A DNA stretch of 63,559 nucleotides, counting the filler, from Octopus bimaculoides (taxonomy: Eukaryota): NCBI RefSeq assembly GCF_001194135.2. It is 4 parts of 4 records of this genome, joined end to end, with 100 filler letters (N's around TTAATTAATTAA, not from the genome) between each part and the next. Parts side by side here need not be neighbours in the genome. Positions count along the whole stretch, not along the records: positions 46,489 to 53,627 come from NC_068982.1; positions 53,728 to 63,559 come from NC_068983.1; 2 more parts are not named here. One strand, written 5' to 3'. Below the pieces are notes generated by a model. That model was not told where the DNA came from. It did no database searches and saw only the letters and a program-made list of their open reading frames with translations. Below, one piece after another: positions 49,819-62,246 of this stretch; position 1 is the first letter of the stretch, and each line of letters begins with the position of its first letter. A program made the position numbers and the translations under genes.

Positions 49819-50730
49819 CCATGCTTATGTAAAGAAAAAGAAAAATGCCCATTGATGAACCTCTGCATGAGTACAGATCATATCTATAAATGTACCATGC
49901 ACAAACGGGGAGGGCCATATGCTTACATTGGGCAAAAGGCTGATTCATTCAAGAATCGTTATTGCAACTATGTCACCAGCTTCAAGAAAATCAATGAGAC
50001 ATTCAGCATCTTTGACCGATTTTGTGTGGTGACTTAAGGAAGATAAAATTAAATATAACATAACTAGGTCCGTTGTAAAGCACACAAAACTATATAATAT
50101 CATTTCCAAGAGAAGCTGACTCTGCTCCAAAAAACCCCTGTCTATTCCGTAGACCAATGAGAAGATCATTAATAGATTTTCTGAAGATTCTCAAGATGCC
50201 TACATGCATATAAATGCACTTCCGTACAATGCAGTGGGAATGAATTTGAGTAACTGTTATAATTTACCTTAAGGTATGGCTGAATTAAGTTTAGCTTTAA
50301 CTTCCCCATTCTTATAAGTACCAAGTAGCTATTTAAGTCACAATGTGAATATACGCGCACCAAACCACACATATGCTTGCATCTTTGTGGACACTTGTAT
50401 GAGCGACTGTACATGCACCATACAGCTTATACAAAGGCGTTTATACATCCATATCCGTTGACGGTTATTTTGAATATTTTTTCCAATGTATTGTATGTTT
50501 GTTTCTTCTTTGCATCGATTATTTTAATAGTGATCTTCAATACAAATGAAGTTATATCCTTTAATATGTTGCTTTTCTTTACATGAAATGAAAAGATACA
50601 TTGCAGAACAGCTATTTTAACAAGTTATATTTATTTATCACTTGAAGAGACACATCTACACTGTCGGATGCTCCTGAAACAATCGATGCTAGATGTATCG
50701 AAACAATTGTAATGATGAATAAAAAGTTTC
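49819..50730 (+). mobile_element. Penelope-like GIY-YIG fragment and 3' region
   Basis: CLCKEKEKCPLMNLCMSTDHIYKC..AYIGQKADSFKNRYCNYVTSF-fs-SLTDFVW*LKEDKIKYNI..; hammerhead relic at 50674-50711. Confidence 0.85.
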
Positions 50731-50792
50731 ATATCTTCCATCTCTCATTTACCACACACGCACATACACACACACACACATACACACACACA

Positions 50793-50877
<85 letters not shown>

Positions 50878-51349
50878 ATACACACGCAAACATATTTTCT
50901 GTCTTTTTACTTGTTTCAGTCATTTGACTGCAGCCATGCTAGAGCACCACCTTTATCACACTCTAAAAAATAGACCAATTATTATTAGAACTAAATTTTA
51001 TAAAGAATTACCCAAGGTTTCGCACTCACAAAGCCAAAACTTTGGTGTAAGTATATATAATTGTGTTCGTTCATCTGTATCATTTAAGATCATGGAGAGT
51101 TATGTTAGCATACGGTGTGTAATGTGTGTGTGTGTGGGGTTCTATATATGTGTGAGGGTACAATTTGTTTGAAGCAGTATATGTTGGGGAGGGGGGAGAC
51201 AGCGTATTTGGTGGGTGTCTGCCTTGTTGGGGCGTGTGTGTTTGTGTACATGGGTGTGCTGGTGTATGCTCTAGTCAAACTCTTTGCCAGGCTCAAGGGT
51301 ATTAGTGGAAGGCTGAGGTTGGGGACCTGTGGTTGTAGTAATGGTGAGG

Positions 51350-51831
51350 CGCGCAGGTGTGATAGGATGTACTTCTTTTCATGTGGGCAACAATTAAACA
51401 CTTCACTCCTGCTATTCAAGTAAATATCTGGGTGTTGGGTACCCTTTAAAATCGTTCTTTCCTCAGCCAGGCACAACCTGCACTTCCTGTTGTTATTGAA
51501 GTATGGTTTACACTTCTCCAAGATCTTACACTTTATGTTGTACTCTATGGTGCTTTCTTTCAAAGACCAAACATCCTTGGCCAATGGTGTGGTGTAGCAT
51601 CTCCCAGGGATGTTGAAGAAGACTTGTGATTGTTAAAGCGGGTTGTGAAGGAGCCTGCTGTTGCCCCAGCATACTTCCACATGCTCAGTTGCCCACTAGG
51701 TCTTATGGTTGTTACCTCTACTTCGTATACAACTGTCTCTATGTTGCAGTGGTTGTTCAGTGGACATGTTGTGTTACCCCTGCATGAGCATCCTGCTTCT
51801 GCTTCAGGTGTGGGCCTACCTACTAAAATCT
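51350..51831 (-). mobile_element. Penelope-like GIY-YIG endonuclease, one frameshift
   Basis: ILVGRPTPEAEAGCSCRGNTTCPLNNHCNIETVVYEVEV..KYAGATAGSFTTRFNNHKS-fs-LAKDVWSLKE..CRLCLAEE..LNSRSEVFNCCPHEKKYIL. Confidence 0.92.
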
Positions 51832-51978
51832 TTTAAGACAAAAGTAGGTAAGATCTTCCTTTGATTAATTGATAAACATTTCCCCCATACAAATAGATTC
51901 AACAAAACATTTAATAGATATGCCCTGAGAATATCCTTTAGCTGTGCACCTAGTGTAGAACAGATTTTAGTAGGTAGG
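51832..51978 (+). mobile_element. Inverted 5' segment of the same Penelope copy
   Basis: KTKVGKIFL*LIDKHFPHTNRFNKTFNRYALRISFSCAPSVEQILVGR, homologous to the linker region of the copy at 42240-42320. Confidence 0.85.
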
Positions 51979-52058
51979 TACACACACACACACACACACA
52001 CACTGTATATACATATATAATATGGAGTAAATATTCAGAAGTGAATATTTATATAGAT

Positions 52059-52059
<1 letters not shown>

Positions 52060-52091
<32 letters not shown>

Positions 52092-52240
52092 GTTTAACGT
52101 CCGCTTTCCATGCTAGCATGGGTTGGACGATTTGACTGAGGACTGGTGAAACCGGATGGCAACACCAGGCTCCAATCTAAATTTGGCAAAGTTTCTACAG
52201 CTGGATGCCCTTTCTAACGCCAACCACTCAGAGAGTGTAG
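52060..52240 (-). mobile_element. Family E SINE, young
   Basis: (CAT)nCGTTTAACGTCCGCTTTCCATGCTAGCATGGGTTGGACG. Confidence 0.9.
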
Positions 52241-52593
52241 TAATATCATTATTATTATCTCTGGTAAATACCCAATTACCAAAATATTTAGCATTGAGCT
52301 GTATTTAGTATGTCAAAATTATTTAACCCATTCGCCCGCATACTGCTGTTTTTCTGTTGAATTTTTCAGTGTTATTGGTGAGGGTTTTAACTCTTCTTTC
52401 TAGCAGGTAACCACCTTGCATTCCCTTATGATGAATATAGTGTGTGTGTATATATNNNNNNNNNNNNNNNNNNNNNNNNNNNNNNNNNNNNNNNNNNNNN
52501 NNNNNNNNNNNNNNNNNNNNNNNNNNNNNNNNNNNNNNNNNNNNNNNNNNNNNNNNNNNNNNNNNNNNNNNNNNNNNNNNNNNNNNNNNNNNN

Positions 52594-52641
<48 letters not shown>

Positions 52642-53410
52642 ATGGGACCTGTGGAAATTACATGGAATAGAAAAAATAAAGAGGACTTATTTAAGAAAAA
52701 AAGGATGATTTGCATTTTTATAACATTCATAGTCTAGCTTTCTTTAAATAATTCTTTATGTTCATCTACATTCATTTCTTCAAGTCTCTGTCAATGTTAT
52801 GTTTTTCCTCTTTTTATAACATTTTCTTGCTGTTCCTCTCTGATCTGTGCTCTATATCTGCACATCTTTTCTCGGGCAGCTGACAACCATGTTTCTTGTG
52901 AATCCAGAGTTCAGGCTAAATTAACCCTTATAAACAAATATTAATTTTTTAAGCAAGCAGATGATAAATAATTGTACTTATGCATTAAACAATGGTTGCT
53001 ATAAAAAAATTAGGTCAATAAAAAAAATATCTTTCACTATCAACACACCCATTATCTCCCCCCCTCTCTCTTTCAATATAACTGCCTCCCCAGTCCATCT
53101 CCACCTATCTGCCTTTCTCTTCAGCTAACCTTTTAACCACTTAATAAGTATTCCTTCCCCTCGTCTTTTTCTCTCATTCTTTGCCTCTACCTTCAGCTGA
53201 TCACGTGATGCATTTGGCCTAAGTGTATTAATATTAATCACCTTTCTCCATTTCTTCCTCTTTTCTTTCTTCACTCCTCCCCCCTCTCTCTCTCTCTCTC
53301 TCTCTCTAATTCTTACTCCACCTCTTTAACTAACTAACGTGCAATGGGTGAGTAAACAAGCAGATTATTATTATTATTATTATTATTTATATATACATAC
53401 ATACATACAT

Positions 53411-53461
<51 letters not shown>

Positions 53462-53627
53462 AATATATATATATACATATTTGTTTTGCAAGATTTTTTA
53501 TGTGAAATCGTGTGTTGAAACAGATGTTGTTGTACTTGGGGATGGTCATGTTGCCAGTTTAGCCAATAAAAACACACGCACTGTATATTTGGTGTTAATT
53601 TTCTTTTTTTTTCTTTTTTTTTTTTTT

Positions 53628-53727
53628 NNNNNNNNNNNNNNNNNNNNNNNNNNNNNNNNNNNNNNNNNNNNTTAATTAATTAANNNNNNNNNNNNNNNNN
53701 NNNNNNNNNNNNNNNNNNNNNNNNNNN
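53628..53727. other. Artificial scaffold spacer
   Basis: 44 N + TTAATTAATTAA + 44 N. Confidence 0.95.
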
Positions 53728-53995
53728 CTTCTTCTTCTTCTTCTTCTTCTTCTTCTTCGTATTTGTTAGGTAGATTGATTTCTTGTTTGTATTTGTCAGC
53801 TTCCTTAAATACTGAAAACAGTTTTTTGTTTTGCTCGTGTTTTGTGACTATTTGTATTAGTTTTCCTTGCTTCTGGAGTAGGTATTTTTGCAGTCCTATG
53901 GTGGCTATTTTATAATAGTTTTCTAGCTGTATAAGACCCCTGCCACCTTCTGTGCGTTGTATATATAGCCTTTCTATGTCAGATTTTGGGTGGTG
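53728..53995 (-). mobile_element. R4/Dong-type LINE fragment, post-RT region, stop-free
   Basis: HHPKSDIERLYIQRTEGGRGLIQLENYYKIATIGLQKYL..KYEEEEE; 89 codons with no stop. Confidence 0.88.
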
Positions 53996-54224
53996 TCTTT
54001 CTAATCGTTATTTCTCCTGTCCGCCTTTGTATCGTCTCTCTGTCCGAATATTTGATTGCCCTCTATTGCGTTTTTGTTTCATTTTATATATATACCAAAT
54101 TATAAGAAGAAAATAAAGAAATTTCTATAACACATATTTAATGATTCGAATGATTCGTTACAATTGTTTCTGAACCAGTGAAAATTTACGTAATGTTTGC
54201 GGTTTTAGACATTATATGTTCGTG

Positions 54225-54330
54225 TGTCTTTGTATCTGTGCTTGTTCCCCACCAACACTTGACAACCGGGATTGGTGTGTTTACGTCCCCGTAACCGAGA
54301 GAATAAGTATCAAGCTAAAAAATAAACACA
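54225..54330 (+). mobile_element. SINE family B, 3' part
   Basis: CACTTGACAACCGGGATTGGTGTGTTTACGTCCCCGTAAC. Confidence 0.75.
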
Positions 54331-54524
54331 CACACATACAGATATATACATATATATCTATATATGATCATGTATATCCGTATATGACTGAACGCATGTA
54401 TGCATGCATGTATATACAATTGTTTGTGTGTGTGTGTGTGTGTGTGCGTTTCTATCTATCTATCTATCTATCTATGTATCTATCTATCTATGTATCTATC
54501 TATCTATGTATCTATCTATCTATG

Positions 54525-54564
<40 letters not shown>

Positions 54565-54634
54565 CTACATACATAGATAGACGTACAAACATACATACAC
54601 ACACATACATACATATATGCATACATACATACAT

Positions 54635-54665
<31 letters not shown>

Positions 54666-55069
54666 TACATAGATACATACATTTGAAGAGAGACGCATTA
54701 TAGAATTGGTAATCAGAAAGCCTCGTATTTCTGTAAGAGAAAGAAAGCATTAGATAAGGAATTGGTTTGTATGTGGGACATAAATTAAAATTAAACATGG
54801 TTCGAAAATAAGTCTCGTTTCAGCACAGTTTATGTTAATTTCTATTTTACGACGCTCCTGTTGTAGGGTGTGTGAATTTTGTAGTTATTTCCCTTGAAAC
54901 ACGTGAATAACATGCATTTTGCGTAGGCATTTAATTGACGATATAATAGCATAATTGTTTGAAATGGAAGTGTAAACAATACAAAAATCAACTTTCCCCC
55001 ACCTGTTACAAGAACAGAATTTCTCCTTATTTAATCACTCCTAATATGTTTTATTTCGATCAGTAATAC

Positions 55070-55435
55070 GGTGAGATGACTGACAGAATTGTTAGCGCGC
55101 AGGGAGTAAAAATGCTTATCGGCATTTCGTCTGTCTATATGTTCTGAGTTCAAATTCCACCATTCATCCTCTAACGGTCGATAAAATACGTATTAGTCAG
55201 GGCCGGCTCAAGGTACCGGCAACTCGGGCAGTCGCCGGGGCGCCATGTGCTAGGGGGCGCCAAAGACAAGGAAATTTCCACAACTGTCAGCTTGTACACG
55301 CCGAAGTTCAGCTTGCTCGGGACGCCAGCAACCCTAGGGCCGACCCTGGTACTAGTTGAGCACTGGGGTCGATGTAATTGACTTACTCTCTCTCCTGAAA
55401 TTGCTGGCCCTGTGTCAAAATTTGTATCCAATATT
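55070..55435 (+). mobile_element. SINE family A interrupted by a hAT MITE
   Basis: Head and B-box at 55070-55197; tail resumes at 55349. Confidence 0.85.
55198..55348. mobile_element. GC-rich hAT-type MITE, 151 bp
   Basis: TIRs CAGGGCCGGCTCAAGG / rc CAGGGTCGGCCCTAGG; 8-bp TSD GTATTAGT / GTACTAGT. Confidence 0.85.
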
Positions 55436-55775
55436 GTTTTCGTTCAATGTTCTAGTCTTGCCAAACACGAATTACTTCATGATACATTACCTTCTGCCTC
55501 AGTTTTGTTTTTCGTTTCGTAAGCTAGTAGTATTTATTTTGCGACAGATGTTGCAGCTTAATATGCCGTGTAACAAATGTGTGTATGTGTGCGCGTATTT
55601 ATGTGAGTGTTTGTGTATGTATGTGTGTGTGTGTATGTGTGTGTGCATGTGTGTGCATGTGTGTGTGTGTGTGTGTATGTGTGTGTGCGTGTGTGTGTGA
55701 ATGCATGCCCACGAGCGTGAATGTGTGAATGTGCGTGTATGTGTATGTGTGCGTATTACATTTCTCTGTATGTTA

Positions 55776-55842
<67 letters not shown>

Positions 55843-56404
55843 ACATACATACATACATATATATTTATATATATATGTATGTATGTATATATATAAGACT
55901 ATTCTGTTGATGATGTTTAAATTCTAATGAAAGAGGTTGAAAACTTTTACACTCAATGTAATTCTGAGGTAGAACCAAGGTAATGAAGTGTGTGACAAAG
56001 CTGTAGGTGGGCGCGCGTGTATAGTATATTTCACGTGCAAGTATTGTGTGTTTGTGTGTGTATATATGGGTATCATGTATGAGTTAGATGTACTTATGTA
56101 TGTGTGTGTGCGATGTTAGGTAAGCTTTTATATGTATGTATAATTTGTGATACAGGTGTGTGTGTAGTTTATTGCTTGAGCATATGAGTATGTATATCTG
56201 CAGTTTCAAACGAGTATCTGTATGCAGTTTGATATGTGTGCGTATATAGTGTATTAGACAGATGTATGTAGTTTGTTGGATAGGTCTGTATAAGCAAATC
56301 TTTACGCAGTCACTCGACCTGCTAGAAATAGCAGCCAACTTTCTTTCAAATCTCACTTTGCTACTCGAAAAGAAAATGAAAGAGGGAGAGATACAAAATT
56401 TATT

Positions 56405-56595
56405 TCCTACTCTAGGCACAGGGCCCGAAATTTTGGGGAAGGGGCCCAGCCGATTAGATCGACCCCAGTACGAAACTGGTACTTAATTTATCGACCCCGA
56501 AAGGATGAAAGGCAAAGTCGACCTCGGAAGAATTTGAAGTTAGCACGTAAAGACAGACGAAATACTGCTAAGCATTTCGCTCGGCGTGCTAATGT
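56405..56595 (-). mobile_element. SINE family A, near consensus
   Basis: TTATCGACCCCGAAAGGATGAAAGGCAAAGTCGACCTCGG; core CpGs intact. Confidence 0.92.
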
Positions 56596-56914
56596 TTCTG
56601 CCAGCTCGCCGACTTTAGGGTTATTCCTGCAAACAATGTGATGTAGCTATGGTTGACCTTGCTCAATCATCTCTGATCTGAGGCTACATGTTAACTAAAT
56701 CTACAACCACGGAGCGTATTCCCGTCAATCAGGTTTGACGAAAGTTTGATAGGGTGACAGGGTTGCGAGTGGGAATCGTAGTGGTCAGTTTTCTGTAGCG
56801 ATTGGCTATTCAGCAAAGATCGGTATTAATATGATCCATCAGGATCAAGTGAGGTAATAAACAAGGAGGGAATTGGTCAGTTGAGGAATCGCACACGCGC
56901 GCGCGCGCATGTAC

Positions 56915-57075
56915 GACGTGCTTCTTTTAGTTTCCGTCTGCCAAATCTACTCGCAAAGCTTTGGTCAGCTCGAGACTATAGTGGAAGACAATTGCCCAAA
57001 GAGCTGTGCAGTGGGACTGAACCTAGAACCATGCGGTTGGGAAGCAAGCTTCTCACCATACAGTCACGCCTGCGC
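56915..57075 (-). mobile_element. SINE family B, 5' part
   Basis: TTTCCGTCTGCCAAATCTACTC..GGGACTGAACC..GGGAAGCAAGCTTCTCACCA. Confidence 0.85.
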
Positions 57076-57684
57076 CTTTCTTATTGTAGTATGGGGTTCT
57101 TTATTACTGTCTATTTGATGGTAAGTTTGAAAATAAAGAAACGAAGGTTGTGCCTAGAGAATAGTGTCGGAAATTATCTAAGGCACTAAAAACCAAAACC
57201 TCAATTTCTTTGGACTCGCACACTATATGCATCGTAGATTATCAATCTGGTATAAATAAACAAATAAACAAATAGATAATAAACAAATAAATAAATAAAA
57301 TTGTTTGTGTGAAAGAGGAGAGTGGAGTTTGCCGCATCTTTGCGGTAATTTTTCAGTTTTGGTTACTTTTGGAAAATTTCATTAGATTATAGTCACGTAT
57401 ATTTTTGAAGAGCTATAATCTCAGATATAAAAAAATATAAATCTGAAAACACATTTTTAAAAGAAAGTCCAAACTGAAAACTTCAGGAAAGTAGAAGTGG
57501 TGTTAGAAATCCCTCTCTTCCCATTTTTGCTTAATCATTTATTTACCTCTTTATTTATTTATTTATTTATTTAGTTAGTTAGTTGCAGGATACTTACGGT
57601 CTCATTTGTATCTTGGGACGGTCATTATGCCAATGATGACTACATGCACTGGTTCTGTTTCATTTCTCTTACTATCATAATTAA

Positions 57685-57995
57685 CTGGCGCACTGTCGGT
57701 TACAACGACGAGGGTTCCAGTTAAAGCAGTGAACAAAACAGGCTGCTAGTGAAATTAACGTGCAAGTGGCTGAGTACTCCACAGACACATGTAGTAGCCT
57801 TAACGTAGTTTGAAGTATATTCAGCATGCCACAGAATTTAAATTACAGGTACAACTCATTTTTGCTAGCTGTGGGGACTGGACTAACGTGAAATAAAGTG
57901 TCTTGTTCAAGGACACAGCGCGCCGCTAAGAATCGAACTCACGACCTCCCGATCCCGAGCTGAATACCCTGACTACTAAGAAACGCACCTTCACA
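57685..57995 (-). mobile_element. SINE family C, full length
   Basis: Reverse complement of the 33257 copy (GAAATTAACGTGCAAGTGGCTGAG; GTGAAATAAAGTGTCTTG; AATCGAACTC). Confidence 0.88.
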
Positions 57996-58410
57996 TTATT
58001 ATTATTAATTAGCAAGTTACCCAATTGACTAATCGATTGTTTGATTTATCGTTCGATTCATCAATCAATAAGCTAGGTTTGTCAGCATCCTTTCATGACA
58101 ATTGGCGACTGCATCAGTGACATGACCCGCTCTACTCCGAGTATGCTTCAGGTCTGTCTGGCTCATAGTTTACAGATTGTATATTAATATTTATGGGAAT
58201 GAAAATGAGAATGTGAGTGTGTGTGTGTGTGTGTGTGTGTGCGTGCGTGTGTGTATGTGCGAATGTGTGTGTATGAGTGAGTGTGTATGCGTGTGTGCGT
58301 GCACGTGACTGTGTGGTAAATTGTAGATCCTGTGAGTAATTGTGTGTGCATGAAAGAGAACAAGTGTGTGTATGTGTGTGTCCGTGTGCTTGCGTCTATG
58401 TGTGAAGAGA

Positions 58411-58472
<62 letters not shown>

Positions 58473-58479
58473 GTGAGTG

Positions 58480-58554
<75 letters not shown>

Positions 58555-59174
58555 CTTAAAAATAAGCCCTCGCAGTTGATAACATATTTATTGTGCTTTT
58601 TTTGTACCGCAGATACTAAAATGAAGAAGTTGATTTATTGCACCTAAATTCTTACGTGACGCTCAACAAATTTATTAGAGCAACAAACTAAACTTTTTGT
58701 ACTCTCTCGGGCCTGTGTGTTTGTTTCAATTACCATTTACAGTATGACATCATCAGTCAATCGGTCTTCTTTCTTGTATTTAATAAGATTTACCATGCTT
58801 TTTTGTTTGTTTCACTTTCTGCCCTTGTCTCCCTCTCTCTCTAAGATCATTAACTATTTCAATGTATATAAAGTTAAGAGAAACTGCTATTGAGTTTTGT
58901 TTTTCTCTGCTGCAGGTGTTACTACAATGTTATAATCCAGCCCTTATATGATGTCACGACAGACTTAAGGTCGCTGCCTGCCTCTGTCATTGTAAGGGAA
59001 ATAAAGCGTGTCTACTTACTTCTTCACTGATCTTAAATCAACTGGTAACCCCGAGCAATTACAGAGTCGTTAAATCCATCTGCATGAGCTTTGCTAATGA
59101 CCATTTCAGAAAGCAAACATAGGGGTCTAGCTCTCCCTCTCCACCACTAAAAAAAGAATGAAAAAATGATGAAT

Positions 59175-59475
59175 GGTAGAAACGTTAAAGTACCAGATGA
59201 AATGCCTTGCGGTATCTGTTCCGGCTTCTAATGTCCTGTGTTCAATTTCCGCTGAGTCCAGTTTTGCCTTTCGTACTTCTGGGGTCGATAAATAAACTAG
59301 CAATGTGAAGTGGTGGACTGGTGAAAGCGTAGGAGCATCGGAAGGGATACTTTACGTTATTTGCACTGGCATTTTGTATTTTCAGTTCAATTCCTCTCGC
59401 GGACTATTTGTGTTCGGAGTTCAAATGCTGCTGTGGCCTACTTGTATTCAGAATTCAAATCGGTCCGTGGCTTAA
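59175..59475 (+). mobile_element. Decayed SINE family A copies; the second has three B-box modules
   Basis: GTTCAATTTCC..GGGGTCGATAAA, then AGTTCAATTCC, GAGTTCAAATG and GAATTCAAATC in tandem. Confidence 0.65.
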
Positions 59476-60392
59476 TGTTAAAACTACCTTCCATGTGTGG
59501 ATGTCTTTGACGAAGTCCACCCTGTTGCAAGTATTTTCATTAGGTCTCTAGTTTCAGTATAGTTTCAATCCTCTCTTCCTCTACTCTCGAAAACCCTGAG
59601 ATAAAGTCATGAATACTGATCTCCTCTGACAGAGATAGAAAAGCTTTTTCTCAAAACATGTTTTGTTATCGTTATGAGAGATATGCTGATATTATTTTTT
59701 TACTGCCCGAGTCGATTATTACTATATCTCTTTGTAAACAGACCTATCACATTTAATGTTTTCTTTTTAACCAGAATATTTGTAACCTTTATTTAGGGCA
59801 GACTTGCGTTGTTTGCTTGGAAATTTTCTTGGAAAAGTCCAATAACTTGTGTTGTAATATCGATGTGCATTTGAGTTCAATAAATTCCTTTCCGTTATCT
59901 GTAGTTTGTTGTAACAATTGCTTGTTATTATGGTTAATACAAGGACCTTATTGTTTCAAGGTGTTGACAGAGAATAGATGAGAGATATTTCAAAATTTGG
60001 GCTATTTGTTTCAATAAGTATTATATTTTATAAACGGGTACGATAACGAATTTAATGAAAGAACAAAAAGTAGTGTTGGTAAGCAACCAATTTCTTACCT
60101 TTTGTATGATATCACAATTAATTAGTTTGATCTCACCTTTCAGTTGGTTAGCTATTCCAGAGCAATTACTGGTAGATATCAATTGGATAATTGATGGTTT
60201 ATCAAAACGCGCGTTACCAGAGCGCTATAATTATCCAGTTAAGGTCCACCAGTATTATGGGGTCTTCAACTGGATGTTACGTAACAAAAAGTTTTATGGT
60301 ACTTTAGCCAAGTCATATTATAAGTTTCTGCAATTCGTTATTGTTTATTCTTAAATTATTTTCTTGACATGTAGCTATTCTGTACTACTCAA

Positions 60393-60530
60393 GGTTGCAT
60401 AGCTTAGTGGTTAGGGTGTTTAGCTCATGAACGATAGCTCATGAATTTAACTCCCGGACTGGATGGTGCTTTATGTCCCTGAACAAAGCACTTCTAACGC
60501 TGCTCTACTCAACTGAAAATGAATAACAGT
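60393..60530 (+). mobile_element. SINE family C head, decayed
   Basis: TAGCTTAGTGGTTAGGG..ATGTCCCTGAACAAAGCACTT. Confidence 0.6.
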
Positions 60531-60799
60531 GGCCCCTTAGGTTAATCCATTGATCTCGTAATCGAGTCCCATTCAAGTTTTGCACGTAAGCCTAATCACC
60601 TTAAAAATCGAGATAAGCTTCAGTCTCTTGGATCAAGGCAAATTCTACTATTATACTCTACAGCCCCATAGCTCTTTCCTTTTCTCAGTTTGCTCAAACT
60701 TAGAGAATCATTCTTAGTACAGTCTTTCTATATCAATATATGTCTACAGTGATTACATTATACATATGACAGATGGTAATTCATGGATATTTAGGTTAT

Positions 60800-61400
60800 T
60801 TTTAGAAATGGAGAAACCCAGGACAGCTGTCGGTCATTCGTATTACCATATATTTGGTGTATAGGATATAACCGTTTCTTGTCAATAACCAGTGAGATGC
60901 TGATAGCGATACTCCGCAATAAGATCGTTCGATAATCTTTTTTTTATAGATATGTTTTCAGTATATTGCCCCTTTATATTCATTTTTTGTCATGCTTGCA
61001 CTTTTCTTCTTCCAATTCTTCTATCCATTTAGTTTGCATGTTAAATTCCTCTTATAGATTTCCAGTAGCAATTTGTTCTTTGGATGGAATATTTTTTTAT
61101 AGTAATTGTACTGTTTATGATGCAGTTATGAGATACTGATTTGGAGGCATTTTAACAACTATTTGTTCAGCATTTTGCGTTTATGATATGTCGATGTATA
61201 ATATACGCAATTCAGATGTGGCAGTAAGTTTCTTGTTTCAGCTTAAGTAATCTATAATTTCAGGTTTCAAATTTCGTGTCATCAAATTGCTATTGTAAGT
61301 TTTCGTTTATATATTTCAGAAGCTTTGAAAATGCATTTAGCTGTGTTAAACTTCATATCTACGGGAATATCAGAAGTGTTATTCGCAAATATAATACTTC
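60800..61400 (-). mobile_element. Possible highly decayed R4/Dong-type RT remnant
   Basis: Only weak motif echoes (TSDIPVDMKFNTAKC; NIKGQY); many stops. Confidence 0.3.
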
Positions 61401-61496
61401 GGTATTTGTAAAATGTGGGATCACATTTCGATAAATATCATTGCGTTGTCCATACAACGTATAAATCCGTACAATGATTTATTATAGTGATTGCTG

Positions 61497-61537
<41 letters not shown>

Positions 61538-62246
61538 TATATATATATATATANNNNNNNNNNNNNNNNNNNNNNNNNNNNNNNNNNNNNNNNNNNNNNN
61601 NNNNNNNNNNNNNNNNNNNNNNNNNNNNNNNNNNNNNNNNNNNNNNNNNNNNNNNNNNNNNNNNNNNNNNNNNNNNNNNNNNNNNNNNNNNNNNNNNNNN
61701 NNNNNNNNNNNNNNNNNNNNNNNNNNNNNNNNNNNNNNNNNNNNNNNNNNNNNNNNNNNNNNNNNNNNNNNNNNNNNNNNNNNNNNNNNNNNNNNNNNNN
61801 NNNNNNNNNNNNNNNNNATATACATGCACACACACACACATATGTATACAAATGCATATTGAAGGAAATGTAGGGAATAGGCATGGTCGAAATGGTTAAG
61901 ATGTTCACCTTACTATTACAAAATAGTTTTCATCTATTATTAGATAGTGTTCATCAGTTGTATTCTAGAGTATCCTCGGTTCGATCTGAACTTTATAAGT
62001 GGTTCTGGATTAATGAAAACTGCATATAATCCCGTCAAAGGTACTGTGCTTATAATTCAAAGAGCCAGCATTGTCAGATATTTCAATGATTCTACCCAGG
62101 TAATACGTTAAACATACGAATGTTCATGGAATACTCCAGCACTCATGCTAAAGTTCAATGAGCTGCTGTTACCGTTGTTGTTGCTGTTGTTGTTTTTCAT
62201 GTTTGTTTTTCATCTTTGGCTTCATAATTCATTCAGATGGTATATA

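Noticed and set aside
39214-51831. RTE, Penelope and transposase ORF pieces as host genes
   Set aside because: Stops, frameshifts and truncations identify them as decayed mobile elements.
60055-60354. 99-aa ORF in unique sequence
   Set aside because: No recognisable motif or splice support; cannot be separated from chance without a search.
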